Positions 20,520-30,553 of a DNA stretch of 64,000 nt are shown here, piece after piece. The stretch spans positions 31,906 to 95,905 of the forward strand of contig CAVQQU010000006.1 of assembly GCA_963715085.1 (NCBI GenBank), written 5' to 3'. The translations under genes and the position numbers were made by a program. Position 1 is the stretch's first letter. Each line of letters starts with the position of its first letter. The notes under the pieces are model-generated. The model was not told the DNA's origin and did no database searches. It was given only the letters and a program-made list of their open reading frames with translations. Source of the DNA: an uncultured Chloroflexia bacterium (GTDB taxonomy: Bacteria > Chloroflexota > Limnocylindria > Limnocylindrales > CSP1-4).

Positions 20520-23065
20520 TCCATCCTCCCTTCGAGCTGGAGGGCGAGCTGCAGGCTGAGCGCGTCCTGGCGATCGTTCGAGATGCGCACGAGGATGGTC
20601 CCGGACGCCGGGTCGACGAAGCGGGCCGGCCCGCGGACGTCGACGGTCTGCCCGTTCGCCAGCGTGACCTCCCGCCAGGCTCCCGCCTCGCGATCGAAGA
20701 GCTCGAACCGGGGCAGGCCCAGCGCCTCGGGCGGCAGGATCGGCTTGGGCGGCTGGGCCGGAGCATCGGTCGCGGGCGAGCCCGACGGTGCCGGGGTGGC
20801 CGCGGGCTCGATGGCGGGAGGCGCCGGCTCCACCTCGTTGCCGGGGCCGGCGCCGCCCTTGAGCGGACCCGTGACGCCCGTGTTCACGCCGATGGCCAGG
20901 CGCGTTGGCGCGAGACGTCCGGCCACCGGGATCGGCCGGTAGGCAAGGGTCACCGAGCCGCCGCCGATCGTGAGGTTGAACGGGTCCTTGTTGAAGAACT
21001 GGGCCTTCACCTCGACGAGCGACGAGCGCATGAGGTCCGGTGTGAACGTCACGGGCCCGGACGCGGCGAGGCCGAGCGGGAGGTAGTAGAGCGTCTCCCC
21101 GGCAGTCCGGGGCTCCTTGCCGCCGACGGTCACCGCGAAGAGGCCCGGCTTGCCCCACGCCAGCAGGACCGGGCTGTCAGCGGGGAGCGTGCCGTTCGAG
21201 CCGAAGAAGGGATCGTAGGTCAGGGCGTCGACGAGCTGGCGCCGGACCTGGTCGCGCAGGAAGTCACCGGTCGGGCGCCCGTCGGAGGTGAACTGCTGCT
21301 GGCCGAAGATCCGCTCGGACAGGGCCCGGCCGAAGGCGTCCGGCTGGGCCCGCAGGTCGACGGTCGCGCTGGCGCCCGGCGCCAGGTCCGGGAGGACCAC
21401 GACCGCCGTTCCCAGGACGACGGCGGGCTTCGCCAGCGGCCTGCGCGGACGCGTTCCGGATGGTCCCCCGGACGCGATCGCCCTCGAGGCGCAGGTCGGC
21501 CTCGATCCGGGGGCCGCGACCGGTGCCTCTGCCCGCACGGCGCGGAGCGTCCCGTACCCGACGGCGAGCTGGCGCAACCGGGCCGGATCACCCTGGACCA
21601 CGTCGAGGCCCTGGCCGCCCTGGCCGAAGCCCTCGCCGCTGTACGGCGCGGAGAGGAGCGCGCCGCCCGGGACGCCCACCTCGTAGGTTCCCCGGGTCGG
21701 CGAGAAGACCCCCAGGTAGACCTGGGCCTGGGCCGCGTCCGTGCCGGGGGCCGCCCGCACGAGGGCCACCTGGTTGACGATCACCTCGGTCCCCCGCAGG
21801 ACGAAGCCCATGGCGAGTAGGCCGCCAGCGTGAACCCGACCACGAGGAGCGGCATCGTGACCCAGGCCCACTCGCGGCGATCCAGGCGGCGCAGAACGAG
21901 GTAGTTGATGGGACCGATGAGCACGATGTAGCCCAGCAGGAGGAGCAGCAGGCCCTCGATCGACGGCGAGCGCCAGGGCCGGCATCGTGCCCAGGAGCGA
22001 GACGAGGATCCCGTCGTCGCCGACGACCAGCGGCGTGCGGGACGTCCCCCGCGCGGCAACAAGCGACGCCCACAGCACGTCGACCGAGGTGCTCTCGGCC
22101 AGCCACGGCGTGGTCGGGTCGAAGCCCGCGAGCGTCACCGCGCCGCTGCCCAGGGATCGATCGGCGGCGATCGCGCAGTCGCCGCTGTCCGTGGCGAGCG
22201 CCCGCGACCCGACGGCTCGCCGATGCCCGCGAGGGCCGGGAGCGCCCCCGCGCCGCGGGGCAGTGAGCCACCCAGGAGGCCCCGGATCGATTCGGCGTCC
22301 ACGTCGACCGTCACGGTGGGCCGGAAGGGGAGGAGCTCGTCGGGGAACCCGGCGAGCAGTCCCAGGCCGCCGCTCCCTCCCACGATCGTGAGGCGCCCGC
22401 CGCCCGCGAGCCACGTGCGCAAGCGCCGCCAGCTGCTCGGCGGAGAGCTGACCCGCGTCGACGTCCTGCCAGACCAGGCGATCGAGCGCGGACCAGGCCT
22501 CGGGACGCTCGGGCAGATCGGCGACGGTCAGCTGGACGACCGCCGGCTGGGGTCCGGCCGGGTCGCGGAGCCTGCCCAGTGCGGCGACGAGAGGCCCCGG
22601 CCGCTCGGCGACGACACCGACCACGAGCTGCCCGGGATCATGGAGCGCGAACGCCACGGGCCGGCGGGCGACCACCGCCTCACCGGCGACGAGCGCGATC
22701 TCCAGCGAGCTGCCGAACGCCGGCGCCTGGGCGTGGAGGGTGTACGCCTTGCGCGACGTCGTCGGGAGGTCGACCGGCACGGCAAAGCGTGTTCGCCCCT
22801 GGGTGCCGCCGACCAGCCGAAGCTCCCCGGTGAACGCCGGGCCGTCGTTGGCGAGGTCGACCCGGATCGCCATCCACGAGCCAGTCCGGGCGTGGCCCTC
22901 GACCAGCGCCCGGGCCTCCATCGTCATCCCCGGCGGCGTGCCCGGCGTGGGGGATGGGCCGGCGGCCCGGACGACCAGGGGAGCGCCGGCGAGCACGACG
23001 AAGACGGCCACGAAGGACAGGGTGGCGCGCGTGAACCGGACGCGAGAGCTCCGGGCGTGAGGCAC
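20516..23065 (-). CDS. Large membrane protein, possibly GldG/DUF4350-like ABC accessory component, at least 4 frame breaks
   Basis: GTG 23065 gives a charged N-terminus plus TM (RFTRATLSFVAVFVVLAGAPLVV). The segment LVWQDVDAGQLSAEQLAALRTWLAGGGRLTIVGG, an internal TM (LLLLLLGYIVLIGPINYLVL) and a beta-rich C-terminus follow. The pieces lie in ORFs 20516..23200, 22135..22422 and 21781..22062. Confidence 0.55.
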   Translation of the reverse strand: MPHARSSRVRFTRATLSFVAVFVVLAGAPLVVRAAGPSPTPGTPPGMTMEARALVEGHARTGSWMAIRVDLANDGPAFTGELRLVGGTQGRTRFAVPVDLPTTSRKAYTLHAQAPAFGSSLEIALVAGEAVVARRPVAFALHDPGQLVVGVVAERPGPLVAALGRLRDPAGPQPAVVQLTVADLPERPEAWSALDRLVWQDVDAGQLSAEQLAALAHVARGRRAPHDRGRERRPGTARRVPRRAPPLPAHRDGRRGRRIDPGPPGWLTAPRRGGAPGPRGHRRAVGSRALATDSGDCAIAADRSLGSGAVTLAGFDPTTPWLAESTSVDVLWASLVAARGTSRTPLVVGDDGILVSLLGTMPALALAVDRGPAAPPAGLHRAHRSHQLPRSAPPGSPRVGLGHDAAPRGRVHAGGLLAMGFVLRGTEVIVNQVALVRAAPGTDAAQAQVYLGVFSPTRGTYEVGVPGGALLSAPYSGEGFGQGGQGLDVVQGDPARLRQLAVGYGTLRAVRAEAPVAAPGSRPTCASRAIASGGPSGTRPRRPLAKPAVVLGTAVVVLPDLAPGASATVDLRAQPDAFGRALSERIFGQQQFTSDGRPTGDFLRDQVRRQLVDALTYDPFFGSNGTLPADSPVLLAWGKPGLFAVTVGGKEPRTAGETLYYLPLGLAASGPVTFTPDLMRSSLVEVKAQFFNKDPFNLTIGGGSVTLAYRPIPVAGRLAPTRLAIGVNTGVTGPLKGGAGPGNEVEPAPPAIEPAATPAPSGSPATDAPAQPPKPILPPEALGLPRFELFDREAGAWREVTLANGQTVDVRGPARFVDPASGTILVRISNDRQDALSLQLALQLEGRME

Positions 23066-23250
23066 GGCACCCCTCTCTGGACCCGCCCCGCGGGCGGCCT
23101 GCCATCCAGACGCCGGGCTCCCCCGGAAAGTTGCGTCCCCGTGTCCTCCAAGGGATCGTCGGCTGCGGCGCGGTACACTCTGGGCCATCCTGCCGCGCAT
23201 CGCGCGGCGCAGGCCCGCCGGACCGCTGTACCGGTGCCCCAGGAGGTCGC

Positions 23251-24581
23251 GTGCCCGAGATCCGCGCGTTCCGTGCGCTGCGCTACAACCCCGAGACGGT
23301 GCCCGATCTCGCGCCGCGTGGTTGCTCCGCCCTACGACGTGATCTCACCCGCGCGGCGGATGGAGCTCGCGGCGCGCGACCCGCGCAACGTCGTCGCGAT
23401 CGACCTGCCGGTGGATGCCGGGGCGGCAGATCCGGACGAGAAGTACCGGCAGGCCGCACGGACGTTCGCCGCGTGGCGCTCCGACGGGACGCTGAGCAAG
23501 GATCGCCAGCCATCCCTGTACGTCTACGAGCAGGAGTTCACGGTTCCCGGGACCTCGCTCCGACGGGCGCAGCGGGGCTTCTATCGGGCGCCTGCGCCTC
23601 GAGGCATTCGGGCCGGGCGGCGGCGTGCTCCCGCACGAGCGGACGCTGGCCGGCCCCAAGGAGGACCGGTACAAGCTCATGCGCGCGGCGGGCGCCAACT
23701 TCTCGGCCGTGATGGTCCTCTACGACGACGCCACCGGGGCCGCGCACCGTCTCCTCGTCGAAGCGACCGAAGCCGGCGGCCGTGGCCGACGTGACCGACG
23801 ACGAGGGCGTCCGGCACCGCCTCTGGATGGTCCCCGAGGAAGGCCCGACGGCGCGCGCTGGTCCAGGGGCTGCGTGAGGCGGCCGGACGCGAGCCGGTCA
23901 CGATCGCCGACGGACACCATCGCTACGAGACGGCGCTCCGCTACCGGGACGAGCGCCGCATGACCCGCTCAGGCGACGACGACCCGCCGTTCGACTTCGT
24001 GCTCGCTCTGTTCATGGACACGATCGACCGAGCCGCTCCTGGCGCTGCCGACGCACCGCGTGGCGCGCGCCGTGAGCGCCGTCGATGGGCTCGTCGAGGC
24101 CGCGTCCTCGTCCGGCCTCTTCGAGACGCAGCCGGCCGATCGCGCGGCGCTCAGCGCGGCCTTCGGCCCCGAGGCGCAGGCGCCGGGCGGTCGCGGCCGG
24201 ATCGGGCTGTGGACCCGGGCCGGCGGTGCGCGGTGCTGACGGCTCGGCGCGAGGCCTTCGCCCCGATCCTGCCGACCGGGGGCGACGCCGTGCGCCGCCT
24301 GGACGTCACGCTCCTCTCGGCCGCCCTCGAGCGGCTCTGCGGGATCGACCGGGCCGCGACGACGACCGGCGGCCGGGTCGGCTACACGAAGGACGTCGGC
24401 GAGGCAATCGCCTGGGTCGACGGGCGCATCGATGCCGCCGATGCAGCGTTCCTGCTCGAGGCAACGCCGGTCGCCGACATCGCCGCGGTGGCTCGTGACG
24501 GGGACGTGATGCCCCAGAAGAGCACCTACTTCTACCCGAAGGCCGGTCACCGGCTTCGTCCTCAACCCCCTCGAGTGGTGA
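23251..24581 (+). CDS. DUF1015 domain protein, at least 6 frame breaks
   Basis: AGGAGG 23241-46 precedes GTG 23251. Motifs are EIRAFRALRYNPE, VVAPPYDVISP, PSLYVYEQEF, LPHERTLAGPKEDRYKLMRAAGANFS, IADGHHRYETAL and QKSTYFYPK. Confidence 0.8.
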
Positions 24582-24582
24582 C

Positions 24583-25477
24583 ATGAACGACGACCCGCTC
24601 GATCGCGACTATCCGCGTCCCTCTCCGGCATCCGGGGGCCCGCCGTCCGGCAGCCGGCCGGTCCGCAAGGACGAGATCGAGATCGAGGAGCGCGGCATCT
24701 ACATCGAGAGCTGGCTGCCGGAGCGGCGCTCGCGCCGCCGCCCGCTCTTCTACGTCCACGGCGAGCTTGCCGGATCGTGGCTCTGGGAGCGCTGGCTGCG
24801 CTACTTCGCCGGGCGCGGCTGGGAGGGCCACGCGCTCAACCTCGGCAACCACTTCTGGAGCCGCACGGCCGATCCCCAGGGCCTCTCCTTCGAGACGTAC
24901 CTCGACGACGTGACGGCCGGGCTCGAGCGCGTCGGCCCGAACGCCGTGGCGGTCGGCCACGGGATGGGCGGCCTCCTGGTCCTCAAGGCCGCGGCGGAAC
25001 GGGTCCGCGTGGCGGGCCTCGTGCTGCTCGACGCCGAGGCGCCCGCCGCGATCCGCCCGCCCGGCAGGCCCCAGGTCGCGCGGGACGTCCCGCCGGTCTA
25101 CGGGCGCGCCGCGCTCGGCTGGGAGACCCTCCCCGAGAAGCTGCAGCGCGAGAACCGCGACCTGTCGCTCGACGAGGTCCTGCGGATCCAGCACCTGCTC
25201 GGCCAGAAGCCGAGGGAGTCGGGCCGGGCCCGGGCGTCCATGCTGGCCGGAGTCCCGGTGCGACCGCACCTCCTGGACGGCGTGCCGACGCTCGTCGTCG
25301 GCTCCGGCGATCGATGGGACCCCGGCCTCGCTCACCGCGGAGCGGCTCGCCGAGTGGCTGGGCGCGGAGCACGAGCAGTACGGCGCCGCGTCGCACTACG
25401 GGCTGGTGCTCTCCGAGGAGGGGCACCGCCAGGTGGCCGACCGGGTCCGGTCGTTCCTGGAGACGCACCGCCTGTAG
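24583..25477 (+). CDS. Alpha/beta-fold hydrolase family protein (one frame break near 25310)
   Basis: Segments PLFYVHGELAGSWLWERW, a nucleophile-elbow region reading VGHGMGGLLV, and the C-terminal AASHYGLVLSEEGHRQVADRVRSFL after the frame join. Confidence 0.7.
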
Positions 25478-25615
25478 CGGCCGCGGGCCGCCCGGGCCGG
25501 AGCGACCCGCGTCAGCCTGGCGTCGCGCTCGTCCGCCTGCGCGCGTCGCCATTTGCCGCCCGTTGTGGGCCTCTGGTATCCTCTCGCGGGTCGTGGGCCA
25601 CGGCCGCGATCACGT

Positions 25616-25692
25616 GCCGCATTCGTCTAGAGGCCCAGGACGCCGCCCTCTCAAGGCGGAGATCACCGGTTCGAATCCGGTATGCGGTACCA
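25616..25692 (+). tRNA. tRNA-Glu (anticodon CTC)
   Basis: The cloverleaf folds by hand. The acceptor is GCCGCAT/ATGCGGT, the D-arm TCGTCTAGAGGCCCAGGAC is typical of tRNA-Glu, the anticodon stem-loop is CCGCC-CTCTCAA-GGCGG, the T-arm is ACCGG-TTCGAAT-CCGGT, and CCA is encoded. Confidence 0.9.
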
Positions 25693-25792
25693 GCTGAACG
25701 CACCAACGCCCCCGGTCCGCGCCCCGGGGGCGTTCCCTTTCCGGCCCGGCCGTCCCCGCCGGCTCCGCGGAAGCCGTGTCACCGGAGGAGCG

Positions 25793-26893
25793 ATGCGACC
25801 CCAGGCCAGGCGCCGGCTGGTGATCCTCACCGAGGGCCAGTTCGGTCCTCACTCGGGCAAGACCGCGTTCGGCGTGCTCCGGTATGGCCGCGACGAGGTG
25901 ATCGCGGTGCTCGACTCGACGCTGGCGGGGCGCTCGACGGCGGACTGGATCCCCGGGTCGCGACGTCCCGATCGTCGGCACCCTCGCGGAGGCCCTGGCG
26001 ATGCCGGGGCGACCCCGCCCGGACACGCTGCTCATCGGCATCGCCCCGACCGGCGGCCGGCTTCCCGACGAGTGGCGGCCGATCCTCCACGAGGCGATCG
26101 ATGCCGGGCTGGAGCTCCACTCGGGGCTTCACACCTTCCTGGGCGATGACCCGGAGCTGTCGGCCGCAGCGGCGATTGCCGGCGTCCACATCATCGACTT
26201 CCGGCGGCCGCCGGAGCGCTTCGAGACCGCGGTCGGGCGGCGCCACCTCCCCGGCAAGCGCGTGATCCTCACGGTCGGCACCGACTGCGCGATCGGCAAG
26301 ATGTCGGTCGCGCTGGAGCTTCGGAACGCCGGCCGCGCCGCCGGGGATTCGGTGGCGTTCGTGCCCACCGGACAGACGGGCATGATGATCGACGGCTGGG
26401 GCGTCTCCGTCGACCGCGTCATCAGCGACTTCCTCAACGGCACCGTCGAGTGGCTGGTCGAGGAGGGGGAGCGCCTGGGCGACTGGGTCATCGTGGAGGG
26501 GCAGGGGAGCCTCGACCACCCCGCCTACAGCGCCGTGACGCTGGGCCTGATCCACGGGGCGACGCCCCACGCGATGATCCTCGTCCACCGCATCGGCCTG
26601 GCCGCCCACGACTTCGACCACCTCCCGGAGCGCTCGTTCCCGATCGCTCCGCTGCGCCCCTTCATCGACCTGCACGAGCGGATCGCGGGGACGGTGGCGC
26701 CCTCGAAGGTCGTGGCCGTGGCGGTGAACACGTCCGCTCTACGCTGACGACGACGAGGCCCGGCGCGTGCGTGGAGGCGATCGCCGCCGAGACCGGGCTC
26801 CCGGCCGCGGACCCGGTCCGCTTCGGGGCGACTCCGTTCTGGGACGAGATCAAGCCGGCGGTCGATGCGCTGCCGTGGGTGGGAGGCGAGCCG
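25793..26893 (+). CDS. DUF1611 protein (DgcN-like N-acetyltransferase family), at least 2 frame breaks, 3' end uncertain
   Basis: GGAGGAG precedes ATG 25793. Segments are LVILTEGQFGPHSGKTAFGVLRY, LLIGIAPTGGRLP, VGTDCAIGKMSVALEL and GQGSLDHPAYSAVTLGLIHG. No stop is seen in the final frame before the next gene's ATG. Confidence 0.7.
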
Positions 26894-27971
26894 ATGAACC
26901 CCGGCTGGGACCTGCAGATCCGCGTTCTCGAGATCCCGTATCGCGACCCCTTCCGGATCGCCCGCGACTCGCACGGCGCGGGCGGGACGATGTCGACGAT
27001 GATCGTCGAGCTCCGCTCGGACCGCCTGCCCGGGCTCGTCGGCCTGGGCGAGGGCTATCCCGACGCCTACTACGGCGAGACGCTCGCCACGATGCCCGTC
27101 GTCATGGACCGCCTCCTCGGCGCGGTCGAGCCGGGCGACCTGGACACGACCTCCGCGAGGACGGCGGGCGCGGCCCTCGCCGAGCCATCGGCGCTGCGTT
27201 CGACGCGGGCGATCCGCGGCCACGGTGCCGCGAAGTGCGCCCTCGACATCGCCCTCCACGACCTCGCCGGCAAGGCGACCGGAGCGCCCGTCCATCGGCT
27301 CCTCGGGCTCTCCGCCGTGATCCCCCCGACCGACTTCACCCTGGGGCTCGACGAGCCCGCCGTCGTCGCCGAGCGCGCCCGCCGGGCAAGCCGCTTCCCG
27401 GCCCTCAAGATCAAGCTCGGAGGGCCCGCCGACCTCGCGACGCTGGAGGCGGTCCGGTCCGTCTACGGCGGCCCGATCCGGGTGGATGCGAACACGGGCT
27501 GGACGCCGGAGATCGCGGCGCCGCTCATCCCCGAGCTCGTCCGCCTCGGCGTGGAGCTGATCGAGCAGCCGTTCCCGCCGCGCCGCTACGACTGGCTCCT
27601 GGACCTCCAGGCAGCGTCGCCCCTGCCGATCGTCGCCGACGAGAGCGCCGTCGCGATCGAGGACCTCGACGCGCTCGTCGGGATCGTCGACGGGGTCAAC
27701 GTCAAGCTCGCCAAGTGCGGCGGGGTCGGCCCTGCGGCCCGGATGCTGGTCCGGGCCCGGGAGCTCGGCTTTCGGACCTTCCTCGGCTGCATGGAGGAGA
27801 CGAGCGTCGGGATCGCCGCCTCGGCGGCGGTCGCTTCGCTGGCCGAGTGGGTCGACCTCGACGGCTGCCTCCTGCTCGCCGATGACCCCTTCGACGGGTC
27901 TCGAGCTCGGTGACGACTGCCGATGGCGCCTGTCCGACGCCGCCGGGCTTGGGGTGGCCGCCCGCGCCTGA
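26894..27971 (+). CDS. Enolase-superfamily dipeptide epimerase / N-acyl amino acid racemase (DgcA-like), one frame break near 27897
   Basis: Segments AKCALDIALHDLAGK, IKLGG, IRVDANTGW, IEQPF, IVADES and VNVKLAKCGG. The tail DDPFDG-LELGDDCRWRLSDAAGLGVAARA is recovered after removing one G from a GGG run. Confidence 0.8.
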
Positions 27972-28066
27972 CGGGGCTTCGGCCGGGCCTGGGGCGGGCG
28001 ATCCGGCGCGCGGCGACACGGATTCGGCGGCCCGCCGACGCGTGTCAAGAGGGGGCGGTCACGGAC

Positions 28067-28154
28067 TGTCCACGGATCTTCCGGGTCCTCGCGGGGCCGT
28101 CCACCGAAGGCCTGTCGTCCTGTGGACAAGTCGGTGGGAAGGTTGGTGGACAAG
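28067..28154. promoter_or_regulatory. Array of four GTGGACA-type motifs (two inverted, two direct) upstream of a small ORF
   Basis: TGTCCAC at 28067-73 and CGTCCAC at 28098-104 are in one orientation. GTGGACAAG at 28122-30 and GTGGACAAG at 28146-54 are in the other. The array lies in a 375-bp intergenic region, and TAGGAT follows at 28183-88. Confidence 0.4.
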
Positions 28155-28346
28155 GCCCTTCCGGCCCTCCGCCGGGATCGCGTAGGATCCGGGTGTCGCC
28201 ACCGCCGGGGAGTGCGGAGGCGGCGGACCGGGGCACCGAGATCGCGCCCCGGCACTGTGGTCGGACCGCCCGAACTCGCGGAGATCACAGGCCCCAGGTC
28301 AGTCGGTGGTTCGTGCCGCGCCGTGCGCGGGGAGGAGAGGATATCG

Positions 28347-28670
28347 ATGGATCCGCGCGCCCTCGCGCCGGTGGCGGCCGACCCCGAAGCGGTGGAGTTC
28401 GTCCGCTTCTGCCGGGCCCGTCGCCGCGTCGGCTGGCCGGAGCTCTACGACGAGATGTGGGCGGTGGCCAGCCGGAGCCTCTTCCGCGGCTACGGCTTCG
28501 GCGAGCTCGAGGAGCGCGGGATCGGGTTCAGCCTGTACGGCACGCCGCATCTGGCGGCGATGGCCGCGGCGGTGATCGAGGAGGAGCGGGCGGCGGGCGT
28601 CCCGGACCAGGGTCTCCGCGCGCGACGCCGGCTCGGCGGTGGCGGCGTCGCGCTGAGGCTCGGCGCCTAG
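28347..28670 (+). CDS. Hypothetical protein (107 aa)
   Basis: GGAGGAGAGG precedes ATG 28347 and GC3 bias is good. I recognise no motif (..FVRFCRARRRVGWPELYDEMWAVASRSLFRGYGFGELEERGIGFSLYG..). Confidence 0.5.
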   Translation: MDPRALAPVAADPEAVEFVRFCRARRRVGWPELYDEMWAVASRSLFRGYGFGELEERGIGFSLYGTPHLAAMAAAVIEEERAAGVPDQGLRARRRLGGGGVALRLGA

Positions 28671-28893
28671 GCCCGGACCTGGCGGCGCGCCATCTCGCCC
28701 TCGATCTGGCGCTCGGCCTCCACGTACGTGTCGATCTGCTCGCGGAGCTGGTTCGCCTGGGGCGTGTAGAGGTGGACCTGCTGCTGGAGGATGTAGCTCA
28801 GCCGGCGGCTCGTCATGCGCACGTGGTCCAGGTTCTTCATGAGGACCAGGGGATCCATCGCCGCGAGGTCGTCCGGGTGGTAGATCGACTTCA
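28667..28893 (-). CDS. Hypothetical small protein (75 aa)
   Basis: ATG 28893 gives MKSIYHPDDLAAMDPLVLMKNLDHVRMTSRRLSYILQQQVHLYTPQANQLREQIDTYVEAERQIEGEM with strong GC3 bias. It lies 93 bp downstream of the methyltransferase gene, and its stop overlaps the stop of the convergent ORF within CTAG. Confidence 0.55.
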
Positions 28894-28985
28894 TGGCCCG
28901 GAGTGTACCGGAGGCGCCGGGCGCCGGAGAAGGTGCCCGCACGGGCCGCTGGCGACTCGTCCCGGCGCCGGAAGCGGCTGCCACG

Positions 28986-30553
28986 TCAGCGGCGGGGAGG
29001 CCAGCTCCAGTCCACGGGGAGTGCGGCCCCGGCGATCGCGCGCCGCCGCCCGGCCTCCGTGGGCGCGAGGACGAGGATCCGGTCGAGGCGGGTGGCCTGC
29101 CCCGCCTCGACGCCCCACAGCTTCGTCATCTTCCTGGAGGCTGCCACCTCGTCGCCCACGATCCCCGCCAGCAGGTAGCCCTCGGGTCGAGCCGCGCCCT
29201 TCCCACGCCTCGGCGGCCAGGCCGATCGGCAGCCCGTCGGCCGCCCGCCTGCCCCGCTCCGCCTCGACGTCGCCGAGCACGAGGGCCACGACCGCATCGT
29301 CGGCGAGCGCTGGGCGCAGGCCGGCCAGCACCTCCCGGAGAAAGGCGAGGTACGGCTCGCGGCGATGGGCGTCGTCGAGGGTTGCGTCGATCGCGTCGGC
29401 CGAGAAGCCCAGGAACCAGGTCCGGAGCCAGTTGTAGTAGCCGTACTTGAGGACGCGCAGGTAGGGCGGGGAGGTGAGCACGAGGCGCGCCCGATCGGGG
29501 AGCGCCCGATTGCGCAGGGCGGCCCGCGCCCGGATGCCCGCGTCACGTGCGTCACCCAGGAGCGCGATCCCGGGCGTGCGCGGACGGCCGTCGCGGGCGA
29601 GGCGCCGGAGCTTCGCGGCGAGGAGGACGAAGAGGTCGCGTTCCGGCGCGGCGAAGCCCGTCCGCGCCGCGTAGTCGCGCGCGTAGCGGGGAGCCATGCT
29701 GAAGGCGTTCGGCATCAGCTCGGAGAGGTAGCCGGGCCGCTTGCCGTGGAGGATCCCGACGAGGGAAGCCGCCAGGAAGCGGTCGGCCGGGTCGTCGAGG
29801 CGGAGGCGCGCGCGAGCGAAGAGGACCTGGGCCAGCGTCCCCGGGTGGAACGCGAGGACGACCTCCGCGGGGACGGGCTCGCTGCCCTCGCCGGGGCCGT
29901 CGGCCGATCCCGCGGCCGGAACGAGCGCAGGCAGCGCGAGGGACGCCCCGCCGACCACGCGCGGTCGCCAGGTCCAGCCAGCCGGGCGCCTCGAGCGACC
30001 AGTCGATCCGAAGGCCCGCCAGCCGTGCCTCCAGCTCGCGGCCCGCCGGTGGCTCGACCTTGGCGGCCGTCAGGACGTGGGCCAGCGGGTTGAGGTCGTT
30101 GCCCACGCCGATGCGCCCCTCGGCGCACGCCTGAAGGGGCGTCGTGCCGCGCCCGCAGAACGGGTCCAGGACGACGTCGCCCGGGCGCGTGTAGCGGGCC
30201 ACGAACGCGTGGGCGAGGGCCGCCGGGAAGCTGGCCAGGTACGAGCACATCGGGTGGTAGGCGTGGCCCCACAGTCGCGGCTGGCTCTTCCAGTCGGTCT
30301 CGAGCGCCAGCTCGGGGAGGGGGGCGAACGGCAGGCGGAGCTGGCCCGGAGCGGGACGAGCTCGACGCGCGGGACGGTCGAGGCGTCCGGCCGTGCCGGG
30401 TGAGGCTGCCTCGGCCAGCCGCTCACGGGTCGCCGCGGCGCTCGGGATCGTGTCCGCCGGCGGGATCGACGCGGTCGATGTCGGGGGGCCGGACTTCACG
30501 GCGGCGTCGTGCTCGAGTGTCACGGCCCGATCGGCCACCTGGCCTGCCTCCAT
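28986..30553 (-). CDS. DNA methyltransferase (N6_N4_Mtase family, motif I before SPPY motif IV), at least 2 frame breaks
   Basis: The AdoMet motif region is YHPMCSYLASFPAALAHAFVARYTRPGDVVLDPFCGRGTTPLQA..IGVGNDLNPLA. About 200 aa later comes the catalytic LVLTSPPYLRVLKYGYYNWLRTWFLG. The pieces lie in ORFs 29552..30685, 28891..29958 and 28986..29555. Confidence 0.75.

Noticed and set aside
28347-28893. A toxin-antitoxin pair formed by the two small ORFs next to the methyltransferase.
   Set aside because: Type II TA genes are normally co-directional and co-transcribed, whereas these converge tail to tail. Neither shows a known toxin or antitoxin fold signature that I can recognise.
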